Part shown: one piece after another, positions 24,500-36,199 of the stretch
Numbering within the stretch: position 1 is the first letter of the stretch
Layout of the letters: every line of letters starts with the position of its first letter
Assembly (NCBI RefSeq): GCF_001194135.2
Contig: NC_068983.1
Coordinates: forward strand, 146,384,884-146,448,883
From: Octopus bimaculoides
Taxonomy: Eukaryota
DNA: 64,000 bases
Direction: 5' to 3'
Program-made: the position numbers and the translations under genes
The notes under the pieces: generated by a model
Told to the model about the DNA's origin: nothing
The model's input: the letters and a program-made list of their open reading frames with translations, nothing else
The model's database searches: none

Positions 24500-25200
24500 A
24501 CTATACTGCTGCTATACTATATTTCTCCCTTTGTGCACTGCTACTCATCATCTCTCCCTATCATTTATGTATCATTGGTCATTCCCACCCCTTGTCCATC
24601 ATTCATTACATGCATCTGTCAGCCCTATCCAATTTCTATCAATGCTACCTACCTTCCCTACTAATTCCGTAACAATTGGTCTTCATTATATTCTCCCTCT
24701 CACCCATTTCTATCTCTAACCCTCTCTCACTCTCCCATCCTCTATCCATCCAAACAATCTGTTCTCCCACTCACTTTTACTTAACTCATATGTTGAGGGT
24801 TCACTCTGACATCTCACCACTATTATTTCCTGTTCCACCCTTTCTTCTACAATGTAAACAGCCATATAACTCCTCTACAGCAAGAAGCATGTTCTCTTCT
24901 GATCCCTTCTCTCACACTTAAATCTTTATCTGATAGTGTAAAGCTGCCTCCCTCTCTACTGAAACTTCATTCGGTCAATGCGGATTTTAATCTGGTAAGC
25001 TGCATAGCTATCTAAGTAGTGCTGGTGCCATGAAAAAAGCACCCAGTATATGTTAAGTGGTTAGCATTAGGAAAGGCATCCAGCTGTAGAAATCATGCCA
25101 AAGTAGATACTGGCACACAAAACAGTTTACAGATCTGTCAGATATTGTCAAACTGTCTAACCCAAGCCAGCATGGAACGTGGATGCTAAATGAAAATAAA
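24500..25200 (+). mobile_element. pyrimidine-rich body plus RTE-type 3' tail
   Basis: CT-rich tract of about 450 bp, then gtgctggtgccatgaaaaaagcacccag..aggaaaggcatccagctgtagaa..catggaa. Confidence 0.6.
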
Positions 25201-25499
25201 TATATACACACATACATATCAATCTCTCAAAGATTTATAGAAACAATTCCAAACATGAAAGCAAAACCTAGGAGTAAGAGACCACAAAATAAACTCAGCG
25301 AAGACTAAAATCTTTTAGTAGGAAGAACAAAGACAGAACCCAACAGCTATCAGGAAAATGTGCTAACTACACAGATGAGAAGGTAAGAATCCTATGAATT
25401 GTATATAGCGCAAACTGCGAGTGTACAAGATATAGTAGAATCACAAGCAGAATAAAAGAGAAAGAAGACTTTATGTGATAGATGCAGTAAAAGAACACA

Positions 25500-26160
25500 T
25501 GAAAGAGATTCCCTCAAATGTCTGGAAGGCTCCTTAGAAATAGCTGATAGCTTCTGTTACTTAGGTGATCTAATTAACAATGGGGGTAAGTATTCTGAAA
25601 GCATAGTTGTCAGAGAAAGAAGAGGGTGGAAAGAGTTCAGGGAGTTATTATCTCTGCTGACAATAAGGAATTTCTCTCTTAGAGTGAAGGGCAGATTGTA
25701 TGATGCTTGTATTTGAAGTGTGATGCTGCACGGTAGGGAGATGTAAGCCTTAAATATTGAAAATCTAAGGTAACTGGAAAGAAATGAGCTGAACATGCTC
25801 TGCCAGATGTGGAATATTACTGTCTATGGATGATAGAGCACAAAAGAACTGAGAGAAATGTTAGATGTAAGAAGAATCAGATAGTGTGCAAGAGAGAAGA
25901 CTGTGTTGGCACAAGCACATGACGTGTATGGACAATCAGTTGTATAAAGTAGTGTCCAGTACTCCAAGTGGATGAAATCTGGTGAAACAGAAAACCAAAG
26001 AAGACACAGGATGAAGTGGTGAAGATAGATTTAAAGAAGTTGAATTTGACAAAAGATAACAAAAGACTGCAACAAGTTGCACAGTGCTGTACAGGAGAAG
26101 GCCAACCCAACCTATGCAAACATGGCAAAATGGGCACCAAAAATTATGCTAGTAATGGAT
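25500..26160 (+). pseudogene. old RTE ORF2 C-terminal fragment
   Basis: Decayed LEIADSFCYLGD, VKGRLYDAC and KPKKTQDEVVK motifs. Confidence 0.8.
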
Positions 26161-26179
26161 GCTGAGAAGTATATTTGGA

Positions 26180-27095
26180 TCTCTCTAACATAACATGTTC
26201 ATTTTACGTCTGTCTATTGCTCTCCTCTCTTTGATATTCCCTAACCATCACTCACTTTCTCTCCTATCACTCTGTGTCTCTATTATTACCTCATCTCTCT
26301 CGTCATGTCACCAGTGTAGTAAGGGATGTTACCAGAACTGTCCATATCCCACAACCACTCCAAACCTTTACTGCTAGCCTTACACATTGTCACCTGTCAC
26401 TCCTTCTACTATTACTCATTATTAGCCTTTATAACTCCCCCCTCTCTTTTTCTCTCTCTCGCTCATTGCTGACATGTTCCACAATCTCTCACTTCATTAC
26501 TCTCTTTTCTATCACCCTGTTTCCCTCCTATCACTCTCTCTTCCCCAATCACATGGCTCATGCTGTTCAATCTCCTAGCAACCAACATACAGCTAATATC
26601 CTGCTCTCTTCCATTAATTTCTCCTCTAACACCCTCTTGTTCCTATTACTCTAATCTCCTCTCTAACTTTCTTGCCTTTGTCTTTTCTCTTTCAACACCC
26701 TCATTTATCACCCTTTTGGCCATTTGCCTTGAATGAGCTGAAACAATGTAGGGTAGAAAGAACTCTTTAATCTTTCTGGGGACATGTCAAACTCTCTAGT
26801 AGAAGAATAAAATGCATTTCATATACTCCCTTAAGTGGCTGACAGAAAGAGTCAATATAGGGAAAAAGAGATGTTCTCTAGTGCTAGTATGATGATAACA
26901 TGCACCTATAACAGTCTGTAAAGTGTAATCATTAGAAGGAGCATCCAGTTGTAAAAACCATACTAAAAATGTAAAATAGGAGTGAGATATAGTCTCTAAG
27001 TAATTTAGGATAATAATTTCTTATAAGAACTGATTTCAACTGTAACATTTCCTACACTTGCCAATATGGAAAAGTAGACATATGTTGATGCTGAT
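26180..27095 (+). mobile_element. pyrimidine-rich body plus decayed RTE-type tail
   Basis: CT-rich tract at 26180-26720, then attagaaggagcatccagttgtaaaaac..atatggaaaagtagacat..gatg. Confidence 0.5.
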
Positions 27096-27451
27096 GAAGG
27101 CAAATTACAGACAAAGCAAGAACATAGTATGGAGTCAAAATTGTCGGAATCTAGATGTTGAATGACTTATGGTGCAGATTCAACAGAAAGGTGATAGAGT
27201 AATGTAACAATTGACAACAACAAAAGGATTACAGACTGGAGAGATCTGGAGGGCATTATGTAAAATTTAGATCAATTGTAATAACAACTGGAGAGAATCA
27301 ATTTTACAGACTTGTTCAAGTATAATTATAAACTAAAACTACTTGATTTTGAAACAGTTCAAGATAATTCATAAAAGCACTTTTCGAAGAATATATACAA
27401 ACTACTATGGCATTGTAAGCAACAAAAACAGAAACGAAGTGATATAAATAC

Positions 27452-27505
27452 CTTGCAAAAGGCTGCTCTCAGAGTCTGTGCTGCTGCCATATCTTCCTGC
27501 TCAAG
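27452..27505 (-). CDS. PDCD10: PDCD10 coding exon 2 (LEQEDMAAAQTLRAAFCK)
   Basis: Acceptor ttttcccctccttag, 54 nt, donor AAG|GTATTT. Matches human LERVNLSAAQTLRAAFIK. Confidence 0.97.
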
Positions 27506-27741
27506 CTAAGGAGGGGAAAAGGATAAAACTGTTACACATATTTTTCAACAAACAATATTTTATATGTTGTTTTAAAGAAGCAAAACAATGTTTATAGTAT
27601 TATAGATGATAACTGAATAAAATGTAGACAAACAATAACTCAGTGGAAAAATATTTTTAATTAGCTCTTAGAAACGAATTCATGAAAAACGTTAAGAGTG
27701 TGTATCTATAATCACTTTACGCCTACTCAGACAGGCAATTA

Positions 27742-27917
27742 AGTGTTCAATATAAAGGATCAAATATATAAAGGCGAATACGTATTTTCTATACCTTGTG
27801 GTATTTCATCATGGCTGGTCATGGGTGGCACATAAAATACACCATTTTGAGCGTGGCCGTTGCCAGTACCGCCTGACTGGCCTTCGTAGGATTTTCGAGC
27901 AAGATCGTTGCCAGTGC
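27742..27917 (+). mobile_element. truncated copy of an element with a unique head joined to RTE 3'UTR repeats
   Basis: The head agtgttcaatataaaggatcaaatatataaaggcgaatacgtattttctataccttgtggtatttcatcatggc is essentially identical to 32653 onward. Confidence 0.8.
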
Positions 27918-28009
27918 ACAGCCTACCACAGTTGCATGTGCCAATTATAGATCTCTTTCTAAAACAATTTTCTTTTAGATATAAAACAAAGTTAGATAAT
28001 ATATTTTGT

Positions 28010-28420
28010 CTTTTATCTTTTACATGTTTCAGCCATTTGACTGCAGCCACGCTGAGGCATCACCTTGAAGAATTTTAGTCAAATGAAATGACTAGTACTT
28101 CTTTTTTTTAAAGCCTGGTTCTTCTATCAGACTCTTTTGCTGAACCACTAACTTATGGGGATGTAAACACACCAACACAAGTTGTCAAGCAGTAGTGGGG
28201 GACAAAGATATATACAAAGACACATACATAAACATACACACATGCACAAAGACACAGATACGATGGGCTTCTTTCAATTTTCATCCACTAAATCCACTCA
28301 CAAAGTTTTGGTTGATCTGAAGTTATAACAGAAGATACTTGCCCAAGATGCCACACAATGGGACTGAATCTAGAATTATGTAGTTGGAAAACAAACATCT
28401 TACCACACAGTCACACCTGT
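28010..28420 (-). mobile_element. composite CORE-type SINE (family B)
   Basis: atacttgcccaagatgccacac..gggactgaa; aaatccactcacaaag. Homologous to the younger copy at 58600-58880. Confidence 0.75.
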
Positions 28421-28936
28421 GACTAATTAAAAAATAAATTCTAAGCTGACTAGAAACATTTTTATGACCAAATTAACCTAATCAACTCTGGTCTGATACT
28501 TCCAAATAAAGGACTGAATTGTTCGCTCAAACCACAAACTTAACAGATGAAATAGGGTGAAGAAGATTTTGATCAAAATTTCTATATAGCAGAAAGATGA
28601 AGTGCTATAAAGATAGGATTCAAATGAAGGACTAATAAATCAATTACAATTGTTCTGAGCTATTATCATAAAAATGCTTCTTGAATTATTGTTTGGTAAG
28701 CATCCTTGTCAAAGTTGTTATTATTTAATCACAAGTCTAATAGACTTATCATTACACAGTCCAGCTTTGAACATCCCATCCTTCTGTACAGTCGAGACTA
28801 TACTGTCCAGTGTGTTGTTTTTTTTAAAAAGATAATAGTGTAATTTGGATGCTATTTCTAGCAGGTTGAGTGACTGCTTAGAAGCTACCAAAATTAGTTT
28901 GTGTAGATGTTAGGGATTAGAAGATATACTGTTTAA

Positions 28937-29155
28937 TCCTTTCGTTACCAACCCGGCTGAAACTGCCTCTAGCTCTGTAGTATAAATGTCTTGTTTTCAT
29001 AAGTTTTGAATTAAAATCTTCCACCAAACCTTAGTCATAATTTATGTTCCTAACACTAGCTAAATGATAACTAAGTTATTTTACTAAATTCTTTGTTATA
29101 TTTAAAATAACAAAGAAACACAGAGCATCTCAAAATAAATACAGTAACGAAAGGG
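28937..29155. mobile_element. piggyBac-type MITE
   Basis: TTAA|(T)CCTTTCGTTAC ... GTAACGAAAGGG|TTAA; second copy at 35326-35545. Confidence 0.85.
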
Positions 29156-29769
29156 TTAAACACAGTAGGAATTTATAAGGCAGCAGTAATTATTAGAGAA
29201 ATAATAAGCATACTAATTCTCTTACTGGCTTAGGCCTATCTTCTTGGCATGTATGAGTGGGATTCTTGAAAAATTAACACACTAAATAATTGAATCCAAA
29301 GTTATTAGTGTTTCAAAGTACGTAGTTATGCTCAGCATCTATTCTTTAAGTTTTAAAAACAAGTAGAGTTTCTATTGGCCAAGGTTGCATCAGCACATGT
29401 AAGTGCTAATCTAGGCAAGATTTTTTTTGAAGAAGACTAGTAGTTAACCTTACATGGAGGTCTCTCCTTCCTATGCTATCAATGTTTAACCAAAGGAAAG
29501 GTCAATGACTTTTTGGAACCATTGTCACTACAGGTGATACTGTCAGAATACAAAACTACCCATTAAAAAAAATTCATATTTAAATAATAACCTATTGTCA
29601 TAATTTTATGTAAACACTTCTTGCTATGCTTCTGACACCAGTTTAATAATGAACAGTTTTATTATTTTACTAAATATCTTCAAACTCTCATTTTAGAAAT
29701 AAATTTTAGCACACAGGCAGTGCATTTCATAAAAAAAATATGGTCACTAAAGAGGTAATCTTAAGTAGA

Positions 29770-29844
29770 AATTAATTTATAATGCTCTATAAATAATTAA
29801 TTTATAATGCTCTATAAATAATTAATTTATAATGCTCTATAAAT
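29770..29844. repeat. perfect 25-bp x3 tandem repeat
   Basis: Unit aattaatttataatgctctataaat at 29770, 29795 and 29820. Confidence 0.95.
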
Positions 29845-29902
29845 ATACAACAATAAGCAGCATTTAGAGATAATTCAGAATTTTATAAAAATTACAACAT
29901 AC

Positions 29903-29974
29903 CCTTTCCAATATGGGTCCAATAATAACGGGAATGGTCATTGCAGCATACAGGGACTCATCACCCATGGTCAT
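29903..29974 (-). CDS. PDCD10: PDCD10 coding exon 1 (MTMGDESLYAAMTIPVIIGPILER)
   Basis: ATG at 29974-29972, 72 nt, donor AGG|GTATGT, phase 0. The MTMG start is typical of invertebrate CCM3. Confidence 0.9.
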
Positions 29975-30086
29975 ATTTAATTCTTTTCTATAATTCGTTC
30001 AGTGGAAGTAGATCAAGATTATAAAATTTAGATTATATGAAAAAAAAAATATATTATTCTTTGTATATTTTGTTTTTGCAGGTTAC

Positions 30087-30163
30087 ACTGCCAAGATATA
30101 GAATTCAACCCAGCAACATAAGTGATTCTTAAATTCTTGATTGCAGCACCTTGGATAAAAAAC
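30087..30163 (-). other. possible PDCD10 5'UTR exon
   Basis: Good minus-strand acceptor tcttctatttcttccag at 30164. The donor (GTAACC) is weak and would give a 99-nt intron to an AG at 29988. No transcript data. Confidence 0.3.
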
Positions 30164-30749
30164 CTGGAAGAAATAGAAGAAATATATGAATCATAAATAG
30201 TGTAATGAAAGCAAAATTTTCAGTTGACATTCACCAAAAGCTGACCTTAATTCAAGCAGATTTAGTATCAAACAGTAAACTAGATACCTAACTTCTATTA
30301 AACTAATGATACCTAACAAGGAAAAACCTCAAATGTGGAAACATGAGCCGAAAAATCAAGAGGAACTTATCTGCAATCTAGGAAGAGACTTTGCTCAATA
30401 TGCAGCAAAGAAGCAAGTATGGATTCTATAGTGTGTACTCAAGTAAACTATGATTACACAAGGGATGCAATGGAAAAACAGAAAAAAAAAAACATAGGCT
30501 GACAGAGAAGAAATACTCTGTAGTTTGCGGAAATAATTATTGGTAAGTGTGTCTATGAAATGTATTTTTTCAAATGCCTAGAAGACTCACAAGTAATTGA
30601 CATTTTCTGTTATTTAGTCAGCAGTGGAGGTGGGTGTTGTTAACACATAGTAGCCAGTGTAAGAACAGGGAAGAGAGTTACTACCTGTTTGGGCAACAAA
30701 GATTCTCAGAGTAAAGAGCAGATTGATAGTATGATGCTTGTACATGATG

Positions 30750-31039
30750 CAGCGTTTCCCAACCTTTTTACCCTTGTGTAATCTTTAAAATAATTTACAT
30801 GTCTCAAGGAACCCGGCACAAAAAAAATTATATACTGTATCTTTCTCTCATATATCTGATGATAACATAACAGGTTAGATAGGACGATGTTTATATTATA
30901 ATATTACAATAACCAGTGCATGTATAGTAATATTATGGTCATGAAATTAGCATTTGCATATTTCACTCTTTCTCAAAGAACCCCATGGAACCTTTTGTGG
31001 AATCCTTGGATTCCGGAGAACCCCAGTTGAGAAATGTCG
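30750..31039. mobile_element. hAT (Charlie-like) MITE relic
   Basis: TIRs CAGCGTTTCCCAAC / GTTGAGAAATGTCG; 8-bp TSD ACATGATG / ATATGATG. Confidence 0.7.
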
Positions 31040-31439
31040 ATATGATGTATCAATACAATATTACATAATAGTAAAACAAGAGCAATGAATGCTGAAGGTA
31101 TGTAAAGGCTGGAAAGAGATGGTGTGAGCATGCTCGGCTGGATGTGAAATGTTAATGTTAGCATACATGAATGATGGACAAGAAATGAGTGAAGAGGAAG
31201 AGTGCATATAAGAACAATCAGGTCTAGTCTGCATGAGAGGAGATTGTGCTGAGGCGGACATATTATGAGTATGCAGAATGAGAGATAAGTGAAGACATGC
31301 CAAGCAATTCAATTGAAAGGAACTTGCAGAAGGTGTAGGAAGTGGAAACTGGGAAGAAGTGGTAAAGGCAAACCTCAGGATGTTGAATCTCATAAAAGAG
31401 ACAACAGGGGGAAGATGACTGATAAAATTATATATCCTT

Positions 31440-31960
31440 ATCATCACTTAACATCCATTTTCCATGCTGACATGGGTTGGACAGTTTAATAGGACCAGGT
31501 AGGACAAAGAGCTGCACCAGCTTCCATTATCTGCTTTGACATGGTTTCTATGGATGGATGCCTTTCTTAATGCCAACCACTTTACAGAGTGTACTAGGAG
31601 CTTTTCACATGGTACCAACACTAGTGCTTTTTACATGGCACCAGCACTGACAAGGTCGCCAAGTACTTTGCAAGACAAAAATCCCTTGGCTGGGGGTGGG
31701 TAGTATTGAGTAGTATTGAGGCAGAGGGAGGTAGTTTTGTGTCAGCTGATGAGAGATGAAAGGTATAGAGAGACAGGGATAGATGTCTTGCAGTAGAGTA
31801 GATACATGGATACCCCAGATGGAAAAGAAAGGAGGGTGGGTTAGAGAGCAGGATAAAAAGAGTAAAGAGAGCAACAGAGAGAAATGGTGGTGAAGACATG
31901 TTAAGACATGCCCTTGAAGGACACTGGTGGTGGTGGTGAGAAGTGGGATAATTTCATGTT
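31440..31960 (-). mobile_element. pyrimidine-rich body plus RTE-type tail (minus strand)
   Basis: (CAT)-type tail at 31440. The body at 31690-31830 is homologous to 50290-50430. Confidence 0.65.
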
Positions 31961-31974
31961 GCAAACTCTCACCT

Positions 31975-32398
31975 ATTCCCTAGTAAGGTAATATTTCCCT
32001 CTGACCAGACATGCTTTCACAGAATATTGGAAATGGTGCATGTGAAATGATGCATCACTACACATGTTGATGCCCAGGTCTCTTACTGTTTGTGGTTCTG
32101 GGATTGCAGTACCTCCAGGTCCTGTGTATGCCAGTTTGGAGGCACATGTGGCTTTGTAGCACAGTACTTGAAATTTTTTTGCATTGAACTGCATATTATT
32201 TTGCTCTGCCCACTTGTATATTGCATTTAGGTCATTCTGCAGGCTTATGATATCATCAGGATTCTTTATTGCCTGAGATAGTTTTGTGTCATCAGCGTAG
32301 CTAGTGACTGTGGCTCTCCGAGTGACCGTGGGCATGTCCAGAAGGGCTACTATGAACAGCAGTAGCCCAAGGACAGCTCCTTGTGGAACACTGCTCAA
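31975..32398 (-). pseudogene. CR1-group LINE reverse transcriptase fragment
   Basis: SSVPQGAVLGLLLF..YADDTKL..LQNDLNAIYKWAEQNNMQFNAKKFQVL. Confidence 0.9.
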
Positions 32399-32406
32399 TA
32401 TTTGCG

Positions 32407-32444
<38 letters not shown>

Positions 32445-32652
32445 TTGTTTAAAAGAGTTCCAACACTGTCTGTTTTTTATGTTTTATTTATATTCCTGCA
32501 AAACCAATGTGGGATATAGAATATGGAATATACAATATATAATATAATATACAATATATAATATAAAATAAAAATGGATGGTACTATGAAATAAAGTATT
32601 GAATGTCTTATTGAATATATGGAATATGTCTTATTGAATAGATGAAATATTG

Positions 32653-33232
32653 AGTGTTCAATATAAAGGATCAAATATATAAAGGCGAATACGTATTTTC
32701 TATACCTTGTGGTATTTCATCATGGCCGGTCATGGGTGGCNNNNNNNNNNNNNNNNNNNNNNNNNNNNNNNNNNNNNNNNNNNNNNNNNNNNNNNNNNNN
32801 NNNNNNNNNNNNNNNNNNNNNNNNNNNNNNNNNNNNNNNNNNNNNNNNNNNNNNNNNNNNNNNNNNNNNNNNNNNNNNNNNNNNNNNNNNNNNNNNNNNN
32901 NNNNNNNNNNNNNNNNNNNNNNNNNNNNNNNNNNNNNNNNNNNNNNNNNNNNNNNNNNNNNNNNNNNNNNNNNGACTGGCTCCTGTGCGAGTAACACATA
33001 AAATGCACCATTTTGAGCGTGGCCGTTGCCAGTACCGCCTGACTGGCCTTCGTGCGGGTGACACGTAAAAGCACCCACTACACTCTCTGAGTGGTTGGCG
33101 TTAGGAAGGGCATCCAGCTGTAGAAACTCTGCCAAATCAGATTGGAGGCTGGTGTTGCCATCCAGTTTCACCAGTCCTCAGTCAAATCATCCAACCCATG
33201 CTAGCATGGAAAGCGGACGTTAAACGATGACG
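32653..33232 (+). mobile_element. unique head plus young RTE 3' end (contains a gap)
   Basis: Same head as 27742; ends in catggaaagcggacgttaaacgatgac. Confidence 0.85.
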
Positions 33233-33249
33233 AAAGATACTGCTTGCAA

Positions 33250-33455
33250 GATGGTGATATTTGTTTACAGCTATCATGCAATGCCAAGGCAAGGAAACAG
33301 TGACACACACACATGTACACATACAAATATACATATATAATAGGGTTCTTTCAGTTTCTATCAATCAAATGCTTTGGTTGTTCCAGACTATAGTAGAAGA
33401 CATTAATACCAAGGTATCAAGCATTGGAACTGAACCTAGAACTATGTGGTTTTGA
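33250..33455 (-). mobile_element. CORE-type SINE fragment
   Basis: ttctttcagtttctatcaatc..gactatagtagaagaca..gaactgaacctagaactatgtggtt. Confidence 0.65.
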
Positions 33456-33574
33456 AAATACGGAATAAGAAACCTATTATTTGAAAAACAGGTATGGGTT
33501 AGAGACGGGAAGAGTAACTGGCTGTAAAACAAAGCCTCAATAATGGAAAAATGAATTTATGCACATATATATAT

Positions 33575-33945
33575 AGATGTAGTGTGCAAGAGAGACGACT
33601 GTGCTGGTGTGATCATGTTATGCACATGGATGAGGACAGCTGTGTAAAGAAGTGCCATTCTCTAACTGTGGATGGGACCTGTGGTAGAAGTAGACCCAAG
33701 AAGACATGGGACGAGGTGGTGAAGCATGATCTTTGAACTTTGGGCCTCAGGGAGGCAATGACTGAGACCTTTGGCATTAAGTTGTGCTTGAGAAGAAGAT
33801 CCATCAAGCCAAGTAAAATCGCAGTTGTGACAGATACCAGAGTCACACAAATGGCATCCATGCTGGTGGCACGTAAAAGCACCCATTACCCTGGTCAAAC
33901 CATCCAACTCATGCCAGTATGGACAATCAACGCTAAATGATGATG
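33575..33945 (+). mobile_element. RTE 3' fragment
   Basis: CGVQERRL..GRSRPKKTWDEVVKHDL; ends in a (GAT) tail. Confidence 0.85.
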
Positions 33946-34374
33946 GTATGTGTGTAGATGTATGATTTTATATATATACATACATGCACATACACAAACA
34001 CACAATTCATGCAAATATCTTTCCAGCAAGTTGATCTCATCTAACTTTTTTATAATTTTCTTTCTTTCTTCTACTTGTTTCTGCTAAAGTGAACACAGCT
34101 CAAACTAGAATATTAATTAATGAGCAGGATTCCTGTATAAATAGACACTTAGTAATGGTGTTATTTCAAGCAGATGGACACAAGAATAAAATTTGGAAAC
34201 CTAAAAGACTTATTGTCTGCAGCTAACATCTATTTATGTCAAGTGACAGAAATCCTAAAATTTATACATAATAATAATATTAGGGATAAAAATCCAAATT
34301 TACAGGTAAAAACTCAAATTCAATTTATTAAAAATTAAAATTAAACTAAGTTTCACAGTATAAAATATATATAT

Positions 34375-34648
34375 ATATATATAGTTTTAGGCAAAAGAAC
34401 CAAGGTTCATGAACTCATCGATGAAAATCCACTGTCACATATAGAAAAATTAATAAGTAAAAGCACAATAAATAAGTATATCATCATCATCGTAAGATAA
34501 TGATAATATTATCATTATCTTACGATATTTACTTTGTATTATATTATACTTATTTATTGTGCTTTTACTTATTAATTTTTCTATATGTGACAGTGGATTT
34601 TCATCGATGAGTTCATGAACCTTGGTTCTTTTCCCTAAAACTATATAT
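34375..34648. repeat. near-perfect fold-back (about 105-bp arms) enclosing a perfect 38-bp palindrome
   Basis: Arms at 34375-34480 and 34545-34648. Inner palindrome atcgtaagataatgataat|attatcattatcttacgat at 34489-34526. Confidence 0.92.
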
Positions 34649-35325
34649 TTATATATATATATATATACATATAGAAAAAAATTTCAGTATACACCCTTAC
34701 AAAAAAAGTATGGTGGTGAAAAGCAGACATATTGTTTCGAGTGCAAAATTTAAATTCGATAAAGAGAACACTGTGCAGCCTGTAAGAAATTTGATGTTGG
34801 AACCAAATTAGACTAAGGAGAAAGAATAAAGCAAGTTCATAATCTAGAACTGAAAAAAAAAAATAGAGTGAACGTGTTGAAAATATGAGAAAAGACGCAT
34901 AACACATGTCACCATACTGTACGTAAAGTGATAAGCAAAGAAAATATCAAAAGATGAGAAATGTGTATATACTTAATCTTTCCAGTATTCAAATAAGCCA
35001 GCACCAGTGATACTTCAAAAGCTTTTCTTAAGCACCAAGTCAAAAAATTAAAAGTTTACAAAACCCACCCTCTGATTTGGATGATAAAATTGTACAGCTT
35101 TTAATAACTGCAAAAGCAACATGACTTTGAACTGAGTCAAATCTAAAACTTGGATGAGACATTTATATTTTTTGACATGCCAAGGAACAGAACACTGGAT
35201 AAAATAGGATGTAAAACTATGTCTGAATAACAGGACATAAAAAGAAAAACAAAAAAAAAAAAAATCACTGCAGCTTTGCATTCTTTAACTAATGAAACCT
35301 AGTGAAATCCTGTGGTTATATTTAA

Positions 35326-35545
35326 CCCTTTTGATACCAACCCGGCTGAAACCGGCTCTGGCTCTGAGTACAAATGTCTTGTTTTCATAAGTTTTGAATT
35401 AAAATCTTCCACCAAACTTTAGTCACAATTTATGTTCCTAATACTAACTGAATGATAACTAAGTTATTTTACTAAATTCTTTGTTATATTTAAAGTAACT
35501 GAAAGAAACACAGAGCATCTCAAAATAAATACAGTAACGAAAGGG
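35326..35545. mobile_element. piggyBac-type MITE, copy 2
   Basis: TTAA|CCCTTTTGATAC ... GTAACGAAAGGG|TTAA. Confidence 0.87.
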
Positions 35546-36199
35546 TTAAAGAGCAAGTCTCAAAAGTGAAATACTTACTTAATCTAAAGGCTGGCTGGAT
35601 AGATTCTATAACTGGGAAGAGTATGAGATAAACAATCTGGAATACTTTTAAAGAAACTTACAGTGCTGGTAAGTACTAGTTTAAAATGGTGAAAGGTATG
35701 AAAACTGGTCAGTCTGTAATCTCATGTGGTTTGATACATGTTTTTTAGCTTGTTGATATTTTGAACAAACCATTTAAGGAAGAAATAAAGAAGAACTGGA
35801 TACTATGGATGTCATCTGATGAAGTGAGGAAAAAAAAAACAAAAACAAAAAAAAAAAACAGCAGGAAGTTATCTCAAAAATGGCTTGCCTTGCAACTACT
35901 CACCAGATGGAATACTTTGGTTGAACATATGGTTTCAAGATCTTTTTAAAAACTGATGATGAACTGATAGGATGGAAACACTGATGAAAAGCTAAATTAA
36001 GAAGAATGGCTAGAGTTATTTCGAAAAATCTTATAATGAATCAAACTTTGATGCTTTTTTTAGTGATAAGGTCATTTCACAGACAATGATCTTTTTGAAC
36101 CTGTTCTACAGATTTCACTCGATTTTTATGCAAATGTTACAGAACAAAAGAAGAAACCAGTTAAATTTTAGGAGTAAGCACAGTATATATCTATACACA

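Larger units (their letters stand above)
4960..29974 (-). other. PDCD10: PDCD10/CCM3 gene, coding span (7 coding exons, 209 aa)
   Basis: Spliced CDS of 72+54+127+127+85+83+82 = 630 nt, open from ATG to TGA, all introns GT-AG. Protein: [209 protein letters not shown]. It matches human PDCD10 motifs recalled from memory (AAQTLRAAF, RPEPEFQ, LKQILSKIPD, KKEFVKYSKSFS, QTNLI). Confidence 0.97.
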
